DNA of 64,000 nucleotides from Elsinoe ampelina (taxonomy: Eukaryota): the NCBI GenBank assembly GCA_010093995.1, contig ML992509.1:666178-730177 (forward strand). Direction: 5' to 3'. The position numbers and the translations under genes are program-made. Below are positions 23,162 to 36,824 of the stretch, in pieces. The notes under the pieces were generated by a model, which was not told the origin of the DNA, ran no database searches, and worked only from the letters and a program-made list of their open reading frames with translations. Numbering within the stretch: position 1 is the stretch's first letter; the number at the start of each line of letters is the position of its first letter.

Positions 23162-24310
23162 ATGGTGTTTGCGCTCTCCATCACACCGATCCTACGCCAA
23201 TTACGCGCCCCTCCGCCCTTTACTCAGCCAGGACTTGAGAAGATGGCAGATGGTCTTGTTTTGCACCGGAATGCAAGCTTTCCATCATGTAAGTTGTCCC
23301 TGGAGCAAAGTTGGCCGCATGCTTATATCTCGAAGGCGCATTTGCACGAGCATTGTCCGAGAAAGGTCAACATGATATGCCACAAGCCATAGGCCACAGA
23401 GGCTTCAAAGCGAAATACCCGGAGAATACAATGGCGGCTTTCAAAGGAGCGGTAGATGTCGGCTGCCACGCAATCGAGACCGACGTCCACATCACGAGGG
23501 ACGACGTAGTGGTGCTGAGCCATGATGCAAGCTTGGAAAGATGCTTCGGTAGGAAAGAAAAGATCATCGATTGTGACTGGTCCTTTGTGAGCAAGCAACG
23601 CACTATTACCGAACCACGACAAACCATGCCGAGGCTTCAGGACTTACTTGAGTATGTGGCGCAACCTGGCTTGGAAGAAATCTGGATCTTGCTCGATATC
23701 AAGGTTTGACTTCTTTCAGAATTGTGAATCATGTCAGGCTGACCAGATCAAGCTCGATAATGACTCGGAAAAGATCATGCGTCTCATGGCCGAGACCATC
23801 AAGAGGGTAACGCCACCCGCATCGAAACCATGGAAACAACGAATTGTGCTGGGCTGCTGGGCAGCGAAATTCCTACCTCTGGCCGACAAGTACCTACCTG
23901 GATTCCCCATATCGCATATCGGTTTCAGTCTACCATATGCACGGCAGTTCTTCAAAGTTCCCAATGTCAGCTTTAATATGCTCTGCCCGATACTGCAAGC
24001 CCCTGGTGGATCCCGCTTCATTCGGGACTGCAAAGATGCCGACCGACCTGTCTTTGCCTGGACAGTAAACACGGAAGATAAAATGGACTGGTGTATAAGA
24101 AAGAAACTAGATGGTGTCATCACAGACGACCCGGAGAAATTTCTCCAATATTGCCACGACTTTGACGAGACACGACCCGAGCAGAGCATGCCACTAAAGG
24201 TCATCCTGGATTTATTACGAGTCTGGTTCTTCTCGTTAGTTTTCGGTGCATTATACATCAAGAAACTAGACAGAATCGGATCGCAGAAGCAGCCTGTGGA
24301 CATGAAATGA
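23162..24310 (+). CDS. Glycerophosphodiester phosphodiesterase (Pgc1-like), tail-anchored; introns ~23289-23335 and ~23704-23752
   Basis: IGHRGFKAKYPENT, IETDVH, VLSHD, LLDIK, AWTVN, DGVITDDP; C-terminal TM segment. Start is 23162 or 23243. Confidence 0.88.
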
Positions 24311-24843
24311 GCCTCGAGGGCTCTGAGATACGACATCACGAAGCCATGACCAGTATTCCTGAGCAGGCGCAGACCTGAAGGACACGAAGACTTGTACATA
24401 GACGTACTTGAGAAGCACATCGCACAACCAAACAAGATCAAAATAAATCATCTGAGGACCGAAGCCAGAAAGCCTCCCCGCACGAATCCCACGTGACCGC
24501 TGATAGCAATCATGCAGGGTCCACCCAAGTCTTATCTCTGGCACGGATCAGACGGCCTCCTCATTTCACCACCACTGATACGCCTCTACAACGTCAGTAG
24601 CGTTCACGCTGTTCCCACGCCGTCTGAAGATGAAGTCGCTCACCAGGTCAAAAGACGAAGGATTGACACGCGCCATTGATAAGCGTGCATGTCAACGACA
24701 CCCCAAGGCCTAGCCACCCAGATAGTGCAAAGCCTGGTAGGTAAAAAATTGACAGTATCTCCCTTGTACGCCCATACCTATATCTACAGACCCCTTCGAA
24801 GAAACACTCCCTCTTCTCCCCCTCCCCCGTCACCACCCTCACT

Positions 24844-26595
24844 ATGTCCCCCTCCTACTCCCCGCAATGGCCCCCCGGCACCATCCGCCTCCAAACCCTC
24901 ACCTCCCCCACCTCCTCCTCGCCCACCACAACCGACACCTTGGTCCTCCAACCCCGCCCCACCCGCGACCCCAACGACCCCCTCAACTGGTCCCGCTTGC
25001 GCAAAAACCTCAACTTCGCCCTCGCCTGTCTCTACTCCACCCTCGTCTTCGCCTTTGTCAACGCCACGTCCCCGACCTGGGGTCCGTTGGCGGATGAGTT
25101 GGGGTTCTCGGATAAGACGCTCACGGATACGTATGCGATTGGGTGTGCGACGTTGGCGGTGGGTGCGCCCATGTTGATACCCTTTGCGTTGAAGTTTGGG
25201 TCCAGGCCGGTTTATACGTTGAGTAGTTTGTTGCAGTGTGTGATTAGCGTTTGGGCGGCGAGGACGATGACGGTGGGGGACTGGTGGGGCGTAAATGCCA
25301 CACAATGCTTCCTCGGAGCGCTTTGTGAAGTATTGGCCCAGATCACGATTGCTGATCTGTTCTTTGTTCATGAGAGGGGGCGGAAGAATTCGTGGTATAT
25401 CTGGGCGTATAACATCGGGTCAAACCTGGCCGTTATGGTGGCGGGGTTCGTCACGCAGGGCGCTGGATGGCGATGGGTGTGGTGGATCTTTGCTATCCTC
25501 TTCGGGGCCGAGTCGCTGTTGTTCTTTGTAGGATTCGAGGAGACAAAGTGGTTGCAACTGGAGGTGGTGGAGGGGCGGGAGGTGAAGACGGCAGGACACG
25601 CCGAGAGGCTTGGGGAGAAGAATATCGAGAAGACGCAATCTGGCAGTGACGAGGCCCTCGATACCTCAGCTGTGGTCGGTTCGAAAGGGGTTGATGAAGC
25701 CCATGAGCCAGATGGTGGAGAGCTCCAGACGGTGGACACCCTCAGTATCGATCCGAACATCCCCCGCAAAACCTACTGGCAGCGAATGGCCATGACTACC
25801 ACTTCTCCTGGCCCATGGTCTGAGGTACTGCGACATTCCTGGCAGCCATTCATCATTTTGTTCACGATCCCGGGTGTGGCCTTTGCAGCTCTGGTATACG
25901 GCATTCTCACCGCATGGTCGACGGTCATGACCACCGCTGTATCGACTTACATGCTCGATGCACCTTACACGTTCGATGCTGCTCAGATCGGTCTGATGTC
26001 GCTCGCCCCGTTCGTTGGCAGCACCATCGGCTCCCTCATAGTCGGTCCAGTGAGCGACTACGTGGCGGTATATTTGTCGAAGCGTAACGGAGGCATCTAC
26101 GAGCCAGAAATGAGGTTCTGGGTCTTCCTGCCCTTCATCCCTTTCCAGTTGGCTGGGGCGTGGTGGTTCGCTTACGCCCTGGATGGCGGCAAGCCTTGGC
26201 CGCAAGTCGCCGTAGCGTATGGAATGGCGAATTTCGGAGCCGCCCCGATCATGTCTCTGGCGCTGACATACTTGTTGGATGCGTACAATGGTAAGTCACG
26301 AACATTGCCACTCTGTATCGAAGTGATGCGCTGACGCTATGTAGAAATTGTTGGTGATGCACTCACGGCGGTCACGATCGTTCGGAATACCTTCAGCACC
26401 ATATTCGTCTTCGCCATGCCGGCTTGGATCGCCAGGACTGGCATACCGAACGTCTTCAATGCTATTGGGGCCATCGGGCTGTTGATCTTGTCCTTCTCGG
26501 CCGTCTTCATATGGAAGGGCAAGCATTTCAGGTGGCGATTTGCGGATGTGTACTCTTACTATGCGAAGCGGCAATTCGAGGCGAGGCCAATCTGA
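24844..26595 (+). CDS. MFS transporter, Hol1-like DHA1 family; intron ~26291-26344
   Basis: LQPRPTRDPNDPLNWS, DLFFVHERG, GWRWVWW, RNGGIYEPEMR; last exon EIVGDAL...ARPI*. Confidence 0.9.
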
Positions 26596-26932
26596 GCGAG
26601 ACCTAGATAGGACCATACACGATTAGAATATATACGATCAATCACTATCAGACTTGCAGGTGTCAGAAGAGAGCCCGAGTGTTCGATGGATGAAACAGCG
26701 ACGCAATGAAAGCAATGATAACCAGAATCAACGTGGAGAACCAGATATGCTCCCTCTATACCCATTGATGAAGTATTATTTGTGCTTATGCGAAGCGTGT
26801 GAAGTTGCATGTATACCAATTGATGCGGCTCTGCAAAGTTCCCCACTCCATATCAAACGCGTGCCGTGAAACGCGTCCCCCACTTCACATCACGCACACA
26901 TCGACGACCCCAGACGATGCGTTTGCGCAAGC

Positions 26933-28528
26933 ATGCCCAGGTATAATCTACAAGGGACCTTTCCTCAGGAGATCACTGACGATGCAGGGAAATCATCACG
27001 CTGCAAGCCGGCCAGTGCGGCAATAGCGGTATGTTCGACACCTCGGTCTGTTGACAGTAGTTCTGACTTCGTGCTGCAGTGGGCTCTCAATTCTGGCAAC
27101 AACTCTGTCAAGAGCACGGTATCAACAAAGACGGCAATCTCGAAGACTTTGCGACAGAAGGCGGTGACCGAAAAGATGTCTTCTTTTACCAATCGGACGA
27201 TACACGATACATCCCAAGAGCGATCCTGCTGGATTTGGAGCCGCGCGTGATCCACGGGATACAGACGGGACCATACAAAAACATCTACAATCCGGAGAAC
27301 TTTTATGTGTACAAGCAGGGCACAGGAGCGGGCAACAACTGGGCTGCGGGATACAGCTTGGGGGAGACGGTGCAGGATGAGGTACTGGATATGATCGATA
27401 GGGAGGCGGATGGCAGTGACAGTCTCGAGGTCAGCGATCATGCAGCCAGGAGCTATACAGAAGCTGACGACTGTAGGGATTCATGCTGCTTCATTCGATA
27501 GCAGGCGGCACTGGATCTGGACTGGGATCATTCCTGCTGGAGAGGTTGAATGACAGATTCCCGAAGAAGCTCATACAGACATACTCGGTATTCCCTGACA
27601 CACAAGCTTCGGACAGCGTGGTGGTGCACCCTTACAACTCTCTACTGTCTCTCAGACGACTCACGCAAAATGCCGACTGCGTCATGGTGCTGGACAACGG
27701 AGCTCTCGCGAGAATAGCAGCCGACACTCTCCACGTCCAGGAACCATCATTTCAGCAGACGAATCAGCTGGTCAGCACAGTGATGAGCGCAAGCACCATG
27801 ACGTTGAGATATCCTGGATACATGCACAACGATTTGACTGGCATTGTCGCAAGTTTGGTGCCGACACCTAGGTGTCACTTCCTGCAAACGAGCTACACGC
27901 CCTTCACTGGAGATAATGTAGAGGCTGCAAAGACCGTCCGCAAGACTACGGTTTTGGATGTGATGAGAAGACTCCTGCAGCCAAAGAACCGCATGGTCAG
28001 CGTGAGCCCAGGAAAGAACAGTTGCTACATTTCGATACTCAACATCATCATGGGCGATGCTGATCCGACTGATGTGAGTCTAGAATCGTAGATTTGAGAC
28101 GGTCGTGCACTTACTGATGATCACAGGTCCACAAGTCTCTCCTTCGAATTCGTGAGAGAAGGCTTGCTACATTCATTCCTTGGGGACCAGCTTCGATACA
28201 AGTGGCGCTATCGAGAACATCGCCATACACAACCGGCCCACATACCCCTCGTGTGTCGGGCTTGATGATAGCAAATCACACAGGAGTGGTCACACTGTTC
28301 AAGCGGATAGTGGCGCAGTACGATATGCTGAGGAAGAGAAATGCCTTTCTGAAGCCGTATCAGGAGCAAGAGGCGTTCAGAGACGGTCTCGGGGAGTTCG
28401 ATACGGCCAAAGAAGTCGTGCAGGATCTGATCAGTGAGTATGAGGATGCTGAAAGAGAGGACTACCTCAGTGCTGGCAAGGAGGATGACGGAGTTGATGC
28501 TAGGGTGAACCCAACTGACACGAGGTGA
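26933..28528 (+). CDS. TUB4: Gamma-tubulin (4 introns)
   Basis: [61 protein letters not shown]. Confidence 0.97.
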
Positions 28529-29526
28529 TGCTTTTTGATACCATACTACAACATAGAGCGGAGTTCGGGCGATGATGGCCATCGCGTTCATGCATTCAGC
28601 GATATCACATGTCCTATGGAGTACCAGTCAAATCAGACACACGAGTCTTTGATGAACGGGCGAAGCTTTGATCGTCAGGCGGGGTGAATGAGATTCAGAT
28701 TGACATGGCTGCAAGATGACGCAGATCACATCCGAGATCTGAACGAGCGATCTCGACCATCCACAATCGTCCTCGGATGTGTGTCCTGCAAGAACCTGTC
28801 CCGACTCGTTTCTCCAACTCTGAAATGAAATCGGATGGCCAAGGCACCAGCAGTTTGCTCGATCTGGAGCCGCCTGTCGTGTCTGCATCTGCATCTCCAA
28901 ATTTGCTTACAGTAAAATGCCGATGTCGGGGTGCAAAAGTGTCCCACCACAGGATGCGACTCAAGTTACTACTACCAGTCGAGGCCATCATCACAACCAC
29001 CAGGGCAAGTTGAATTATCCGGACCTGGGGGCATTCGACAGTCCATCATCAGTCATCATCATCATCGCCATCCCAGCACATCCGACCTTTCGTCCATCCG
29101 TCAGCCCATTTCTCGCCACTAAACCGAGTGCCGGCCTCTCCCGAATCTTGCTCTCCCCCACCTCAAAGGCTCATCCATCCGCGGGGTTCTCATTTCTTTC
29201 GCCGCGTCCATTAGAAATCCGTGACTTCATTCTAGACCACCACCACCCTCTTTTCCAATCCCCTAAGTCCGCGTCTCTTTTCTAATTGTAATCCGGAGGC
29301 AATTTGATTATTCGACCTACACTCTGTCCAGCCCGCGACCACTTCTTTGTCTCGCCTGCCTGGTTTTGGCATCGCTCCTGTTTCACTCGCCAATTGACTT
29401 TGCTGAGCAAGCACACGACCACTAACTTCTGTTTTCTGGTCGTTGGACTGTTAACCTGAACGGCGGAAAGAGTCGGCCTTTCACACCTCGGGCTCGCACA
29501 GCGCCAGAAGCTGCTGCATCAACATC

Positions 29527-31002
29527 ATGATCCCCTCAATTCCACGACTGGAGGACTACGACGTCTCGGAAGTGAACGGTTTCTTGCCCACCGACTCGCC
29601 TTTGGCAACACTATCAGACCCATACTACAGACCGTGGGAGAATGTCATTCAGAATCTCCAACCTCTGGTTCTCAGCAAGCGGTTGCGCGGCGTTGTGGAC
29701 AACCTTCCAGTCTTGTCAACAGACTACCTCAAAACAGACCAAGAGTGGAGAAGGGCATATGTGATACTGGCTTTCATTTCACACGCGTACATCTGGGGAG
29801 GCGACACGCCGAGCGAGAGAGTACCTCAACCTATCTCGATACCATTCACTTCGGCATGCAGTCACCTTGAGTTACCACTCGTGGCGACTTACGCTGGAGT
29901 CTGCTTGTGGAATTGGCGGCCGATTTTCCCAGATGAGGGTGTCGACAATCTCGAAAACTTGTCGACTTTGCACACGTTCACGGGCTCTCTGGACGAGTCA
30001 TGGTTCTACTTGGTATCCGTCGCGATCGAGGCGAGAGGTGCTCCCATCATCCCGTTGATGCTTGAGGCGATCGAGGCAGCGCGGTATGGTCAGACAGACG
30101 TGGTCACCGAGTGCTTGCGGTCATTTGCTGAGCGGCTGGATGAGCTCGGGACACTCTTGAACCGGATGTACGAGAATTGCGACCCGCATGTCTTCTACCA
30201 TCGCATCCGACCATTCCTCGCCGGTTCCAAGAATATGAAGGACGCAGGTCTTCCCAACGGTGTCATTTTCGACACTGGTTCATCCGACGACACATATGTG
30301 CAGTACTCGGGCGGTAGCAACGCGCAATCCGCTCTCATACAATTCTTCGACATCGTCTTGGGTATCGAACATCGCCCGACGGGTCAAAGTGCGATCAAGC
30401 CTGCCACATCAGACCCACACACAACTATCGTAGCCGATCAAGCGCCTCCACAGAACTTCATTCACGATATGCGGACATACATGCCCGGTCCTCACGCCAG
30501 ATTCCTCCGGCACGTGGAGACCATTGCCAACATAAGATCCTTTGTTCGCGATCATCAAGTGAATCGTGAGCTCGCCACTTCCTACGACGCTTGCCTGGCA
30601 ATGCTCCGCACGTTCCGCGACAAGCATATCCAGATGGTCAGCAGATATATTATTGTCAAGTCGAGGGAGTCGCGATCACACTCGAGGTCACTTTCGCCAC
30701 GAGAAGCTCCACGATACGATCGTGTCAATCTTGCGAACCGCAAAGCGAGCAACGGTAAAAAGGATGGTCTCAGAGGGACGGGTGGTACGGCCTTGATACC
30801 ATTCTTGAAGCAAGCACGAGATGAGACCGGCGAACCCGCCATTGATGCCTGGGCGAGAAGACTGCTTGGCAATGGTCCTGGTATCAGTAACGGTGTGCGA
30901 CTAGGCAAGATGGGTGAGCACGCCAGCGGAGAGATGGAGATTGTCGGTCTTGCAGGCGTGTGGAGCGTAGACGACAGCGATGGAGGCATCTGTCACTGGT
31001 GA
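29527..31002 (+). CDS. BNA2: Indoleamine 2,3-dioxygenase (kynurenine pathway)
   Basis: TFTGSLDESWFY, YSGGSNAQS, MRTYMPGPH, FRDKHIQMVSRYI (proximal His), RGTGGT. Confidence 0.94.
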   Translation: MIPSIPRLEDYDVSEVNGFLPTDSPLATLSDPYYRPWENVIQNLQPLVLSKRLRGVVDNLPVLSTDYLKTDQEWRRAYVILAFISHAYIWGGDTPSERVPQPISIPFTSACSHLELPLVATYAGVCLWNWRPIFPDEGVDNLENLSTLHTFTGSLDESWFYLVSVAIEARGAPIIPLMLEAIEAARYGQTDVVTECLRSFAERLDELGTLLNRMYENCDPHVFYHRIRPFLAGSKNMKDAGLPNGVIFDTGSSDDTYVQYSGGSNAQSALIQFFDIVLGIEHRPTGQSAIKPATSDPHTTIVADQAPPQNFIHDMRTYMPGPHARFLRHVETIANIRSFVRDHQVNRELATSYDACLAMLRTFRDKHIQMVSRYIIVKSRESRSHSRSLSPREAPRYDRVNLANRKASNGKKDGLRGTGGTALIPFLKQARDETGEPAIDAWARRLLGNGPGISNGVRLGKMGEHASGEMEIVGLAGVWSVDDSDGGICHW

Positions 31003-31257
31003 TGTAGAACATGATGATAGTCGCGAAAAAGAAGCGCAAAAGCAGCATAGAACGCCACTCAGACATGAAGAAAGCCCGGTCACATCCCGGCCACAATATA
31101 CCCCCTCGCCCCAACGCGAGCGTACATAGACATGCACATACCACGCATCACAAAAGCGTAGCAAAAGCGAATCAATCCAATTCTGCAACCCTCCTTACTC
31201 CCATGGTATCTATAATACACTCCCTATCCCAATGCAAATCCCCCTTCCCTTCTCACC

Positions 31258-34200
31258 TCAACTCGTCCTCCTAGTCCTAATCTCCACCACATCCTCCCCA
31301 CTGCTGTCTCCATCCTCCTCCCCCTCACTCTCATCATCATCATCAATCGGCCTCCTCACCTTGGCCTCCGTCGTACTCGGCCTCCTCTGCCCCCTCATCC
31401 CCCTCTCCCTCTCCCCCCTCGCCCTCCCCTCCTCACTCCCCCTCCTAACCAGCGCAATCTGCACCTCCTCCCCTTCACTATCCCCATCCTCGTCCTCCTC
31501 CTCAGGCTCCTCAAACTCATCCCCCCTCCTCGTCGCCCCATCCCGATCCCCCCTCCACCCCTCCCCCCCATCGTCCCCAGACCCAGTATCCGAATCCTCA
31601 TCATCAAACGAACTCCTCACCCCAGTCCCCTGCTCCATCGCCCCCGCCTGCCCCGCCCCCGCCTCCCCCGCCGCCGCCCGTGCCCGCACCCCCACCGACC
31701 CAACGGTATCATTCCCCACGCTTCCGCCCAGGTCCAGATCCTCAGCGACGTCCAACGCCGACCCGTCGGCCGCGTCGGGGTCGGTCTCGAGTTCTTCGCG
31801 GAGGGCGGCTTCGCGGCGGCGGGCCGCGAGGCGGGCCGCGAGTTGGCGCCTTGCGCGCGAGGGGGGAACGTTGAGCGGGGGCACGATGGAGCCGGTGCTG
31901 TTGTTGGCGGGCGGTGCGGGGGTGGGTTCGGCGGTGAGAGTGGTGGAGGGGCGGGAGGAGAGGGTGGTTGGGGTTAGGGGGTGGGGGGACTGGGAGGGGG
32001 GAGTTAGTGGGGTTTTGAGAGGGTGGGAAGGGCCGAGGGGAGGGGCGTACCGGGGAGGGAAAAAGGGGTGGTGGAAGGGAGAGGGGGGAGGGGGGAGGAT
32101 GAGGAGCGGTGCACGCGATTGAAAGAGGAGAGACGCAGACGGGGGAGGAGAAAGGGTTGTTGTTCATTTTTCTGTACAAGAAATCGAGAGGGATTGGCGG
32201 ACCGCTCGGTTTGTTTGTGTATTGTGTTGTGCTTCTCCTTTCTCCTCTCCTGCTGGGTGTCTCACTCTTCCATTCGCGCGGGCCATGCTTGCTCATCGAA
32301 AGTTCATGTCGTCGTCATCGAAGGAGAGTTCACCCACCTGTTCGTCGTCGTCGACTGCTTTGCGCTTCTCGCCTGCATCTTCGTCCTCTTCGTCATCTCC
32401 GTCACCAAATCCTGACAGCAGGCCTGTTCCTGTGCCGCCTTCGTATTCGCCACCGTCGTGGAGTGCGAGACTGTCGCTTGGTGTCCCAAGACCGGCATTG
32501 GCTAACGCGGTACTGTTGCCGCCGAAACCACCACTCTGGCTCAGCAGACCAGCTCCACCCATGCCTCTGATACCCATGTTCTGCTCCGGGCGTACACCTC
32601 CGAGCACGGCGTTGTCTCTGTCTCGTGTCTCCGTCAACGTTCCTTCCACGTATTCGGCCCACTCCGGAAGGGTGACCTTCTTCATCACTTCTTCACCAAG
32701 TAGCTCTGGTGGATGTCGCTCGGCGAACTTGCACACCTCTTCTGCGATCAGCGTCAAGTGACCCATGTAGCCGAGTCTCATGCCCTTTTCCGACTGCGAC
32801 TTGTCGGATGCAGCTTGGCCTGCAAGAATGCGAGTTGTGACGTCGTCCTTGGAAAGCAGAGCAGAACACTTCGATGTCGCGAAGAGATCCTGCGCGAGCG
32901 TTCGGTTGTATCCTCGCTCTAGAGTGCCGTTGAAGACTTGTTGGACTACGTCGTAAACGACGTTGTGCAGAAAGTTGTTCCACGGGAAGCGGAAGAAGAA
33001 GTCCTAAAATGTTAGCAAGACTGCCAATGACATCGCAACAACGAGGGTGGTAGGAAGAAAAGCGAGAGAAAGGTATCAAACTTACGAGGATTGTGGGAAC
33101 GACTTGATGCTCGACAAATTGCATCTTCAAATAATCCCCGCAGACGGGCCGTCCATCAACATCCACCTCATACGGATGCTGATCGCGTTGTGCTGCAGCT
33201 TGATCTGGAGTATCGGGCTGCAAGGTTGCTGTACTATGAGTCCCCTGCTCCGCCTCGTCACTTGGTGAGCTGCCTCCCAAAATTGGATCGACAACTTTTG
33301 TCGGACTCGACTTGTTCGAGAATAGCGGCGCCGGTTTATCTTCGGGGTGAGCAGCAGTGCCTTTCTCGGGTCGTTGCGCATCTACAAGCTCTATCGCTTC
33401 CAGCTCATTAGGTGGCGTATCTACTTCTGTCTCGTCGATCTGATCTTGAATTTGTTGGGTCAGTAACGACACACGACGCTTCTCTTTGGGCTTTTCGTCC
33501 GTATCATCGTCGTCATCCATGGAGATATCTTCCAGGTCTAGCTGTTCGGCCTCCTTCTCGGGATCCTTGCTCAGATTCAGTGGAGGTGGTGGAAGTGTCG
33601 ACTCCTCAGATTTCTCATTCAGCTCGTCGAAAGTGACCTCATCCGGTAGTGCCTCTGCTTCAGGGACAGCCACCTTTTCGAAACCATCTTCATCTGTCGC
33701 GTTCTGGACTTCCAGACGGTTGACTCTCTCGGGTGATTGGCCGAATTCATCATCTGGCGCTTGAGCATGATGGAATCCATGGCTGTCTACACTGCTGGCA
33801 AATGGCTCATCGGACTCGACATTTGGATGTGGACCAGGAGTCAACCTGCCCTCCACTTTCAGCCGTTCTCGTTCCGCATCGCGTGCCAACATCTCAGTCT
33901 CGCTGCCTCGCTCATTCAGAAGACCCATGTTGCTGCAGTGCAGTAACTCAGCCATGAGTTCGCAAGTCTTGAACCTGTCAAATCCAAGTGGTTCGATCCG
34001 CTCGCCGAAGGCAGCTTTGAGTCCTGGCTTATTCGACCTCGAGCTCCTGATGAGATTCATAAAGTCCGGAATGTGTTGTGCGAATTCACGAAGGAGAGTC
34101 CCAAGATAGATGGGATCGGTGGTCCTCGGATCCGGGCCAACCTGATTGTCCAAGTCGTAATCTGAATTGTTCTTGCGAATGACTTCAATCACAATGCCAA

Positions 34201-35173
34201 CTCCCACCGTGAGAGGATTTCCACCCGTGAGCATATCTTCAATCAGCTGAGTAATACATTTCTTTGACACCAATTGTCTCGTGAGCTCGTTCGGACCAAT
34301 GACTGTCTGATCCTGTCCTGTCGCATTTGCGGATATGGTAATGATAGCTTTGAGGAAATCGCCAGCCGAGGTTTGAGTTGCAGGAGAGTTTTCGGGTCCA
34401 AGATAGGAAAGTAGAATTGGAATCAGTCCTTGACCTTGCAGCCAGTCGACTATACCCTGACCGCCCTCGGCCTTTTCCAAGCTGATCATCTTAAGAAGAA
34501 GATCCATCACCATAGGACAGTCAACGTGCTTGAGCATTTCTGGTACGATACCGTCGAGAGATTTGAGAAAGTGGAACATCTCCTCTGTCTTCTTGTCAAG
34601 GAGATTGTCGTTGACTTTTGTGAAGTATCCGGCTTGGACAGCGTCGAGTGGGGCAGGTCGGCGAAGGTATTCCCAGAAATCTCGAAGATGTTCTTGTGAC
34701 TCGAGCATGGCTTCCGTAATGGACCAGACCTCGGAAGAGAGAACCTCGCAAGCAACATAGGCATACTTCTTACGCTGCGCCTCCTGCTTTTCGTCTTCGC
34801 TTTCCGCATCATGTTTGCTTACAGATTGCGACCTTGATCTTGAGCGTCCAAAGAAGCCAATCTTTCCACCACTCTTGTCAGACTTGTCACTCTTTTCGGC
34901 TCCTTTGCCCTTCTCTTGCTTTTCCGTGGACACATCTTCCTCATCAATCGTTTCCGGTCGTTCTGCAGGCTGTGGTTTGTCGGCTACCACATATTCGAGA
35001 AGCTTCTTGAGTACAGGCTCTTCCCTCAGAAACTCGATGAGCTTTGAGTTTTGCTGCTTTATCTCTTGAATGAGGTCACTCTCGTCGAGGAGCTCTTCAA
35101 CAGTAACATCAGGCTTGTCGAGGACACTGTCAATCTGGGATATGTTTGTATATCCGCCGAACCGCCAGAACAT
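31258..35173 (-). CDS. SAP190: SIT4/PP6 phosphatase-associated protein (SAPS); intron 33085-33004. Stops at 32293 if intron 32337-31990 is retained, or at 31258 if it is spliced
   Basis: MFWRFGGY, PLGFDRFKTCELMAELLHCSNM, DFFFRFPWNNFLHNVVYD, RLGYMGHLTLIAE; exon phases checked. Confidence 0.9.
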
Positions 35174-36824
35174 GTTGGATTAGATTATGTGACGCCAGAC
35201 TCCAGGTCGAGATGATAATGACAGGGTATCGAGCGTGAGTCGCACGAACGAGAAGGCAGTGAAAAGGTCAGTCGCATGGAAGTGATCGGGCGATTGGGCC
35301 AAGAGAAGGTCGGTGTAAGTCGCCAGGATGAGGTACAGTTTCTGTTGGAGGTATCAGTCTTTGTGAACTGAACAAGGTGATGCGCCATCTGCATGAGATG
35401 TGACATTCATGGACGACCAGTGCGAGCCACCATGTGCGGGAGGTCAAGACTTACAGCTCAGCGACATGACCGATGCAATTAATGACTGCTCATGAAGGAA
35501 AGGCCGCACAGCGGTTGTCGAGTCATGTGACGTTGATCGTGAAAAGTATCGTGAGGGTGAGGCTATCTGAATAGATATCAAAGTGCTCCAGCTTGCAATG
35601 CGGTCGCGTGGGTGACGGTGGGAGGAAAAGCGGGCCGCCCTGGGCCAGCGACTTGGACGCCGGCTTCACCCCACACCGACACGACGCGATACAGTATCGC
35701 CGAATGCCGCCGACTTGGGTTGACTTCTAACATTTTATGCATCGACTATGCATGAAGTGATCTCTGGGTCTCCAGAACCGCACCGGGTAGCTGCGCACAG
35801 AGAGTTTCCAAACGACAGAGATACGAGTGGAGCATCACGATTCAAACTAGTCCAGCAAGCAGCATTCAGCTCACCAAGTGATGTATGGTATGCCAGGCGG
35901 CCTGCTGGTCTTCTGTTGTATTACATGTCCGATGGCTGGACAGCTCCAGCATCGCTAACGACGAGACTCAGTCAATATATGCCGCAAAGAAGCCGACTCA
36001 GAGGCGTGTCACGTGACGCTCGTGATCAAGCTGCTCGATCATCTTTCTAGGCCCTCCACCAATTCCAAACAGAAGTACCATGGCATCGCTAGCATCTCTT
36101 GGTCCGACTTGGACACACTTGCGGATAACTGCGAGCGTTTCAATGCAGGATCACGCCAAAGACATGCCTCTGCAAGCGACCATCTATCGTTCAAGCTTCC
36201 TTGGGTCCATGTAGGGCTCTATCAAGCAGACCCCTGTGATTTTCACCTGGATCCACCTGCCTTCCGAGACAGCCGCCGCAAGCCTCTGACCCTGTTGGCT
36301 GTCCAGCGACAAATTATGGCATGGTATAGTACCGGAGGACCGGCTGCACTGACATTAAACACACACTTGTATTACTAGTCCAACTTACTCGGAACATGGC
36401 TATGACGCTGGACCAGATTATTGTAAAGCAATGGTTGATCTCCATGCGGGTCGTGGTCAATAAAATGGGATCTACATGCAGGCATTGACGTGTGGGGTTC
36501 TCAATGTGGAGCGGGGACATTGCTCCGTCCACCAAGCCGCTTGGAAAACATCCCAAGACGGTCAATCTTTTAAGAACCCCTCTCCAGGCGGGTCGATGGT
36601 GTTCAATTGATTGGCTCGTCACTTGCCCTACTTCTGTCTGTCCATCAGTTCCTGCCTATCCTGCCGGTGGGCTCGTCGGACTGGCATGAGCTCATTTCTC
36701 GTCACCAAGAACAAGAACATGCGAGGGACTATAAAGGTAGGTCTGGTCGTGAGACGTCCAAACACGCGAGGCCAACTTGTAAGGAATTCCTCTGTAGAAC
36801 ATCTTGGCAGTAAGCGTGGTCAGG

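Noticed and set aside
24540..24843. Possible polyamine-sensing PS* uORF as in yeast HOL1
   Set aside because: The upstream ATGs (24630, 24689) do not encode a short peptide ending Pro-Ser-stop. Several GATA sites are present but too weak to call.
31232..32122. Long S/P-rich or G-rich ORFs overlapping real genes (also 1187-1654, 6588-7190, 47961-48854, 55586-56296, 61158-61721)
   Set aside because: Antisense or off-frame shadows: the C/G skew removes stop codons, and the translations are low-complexity.
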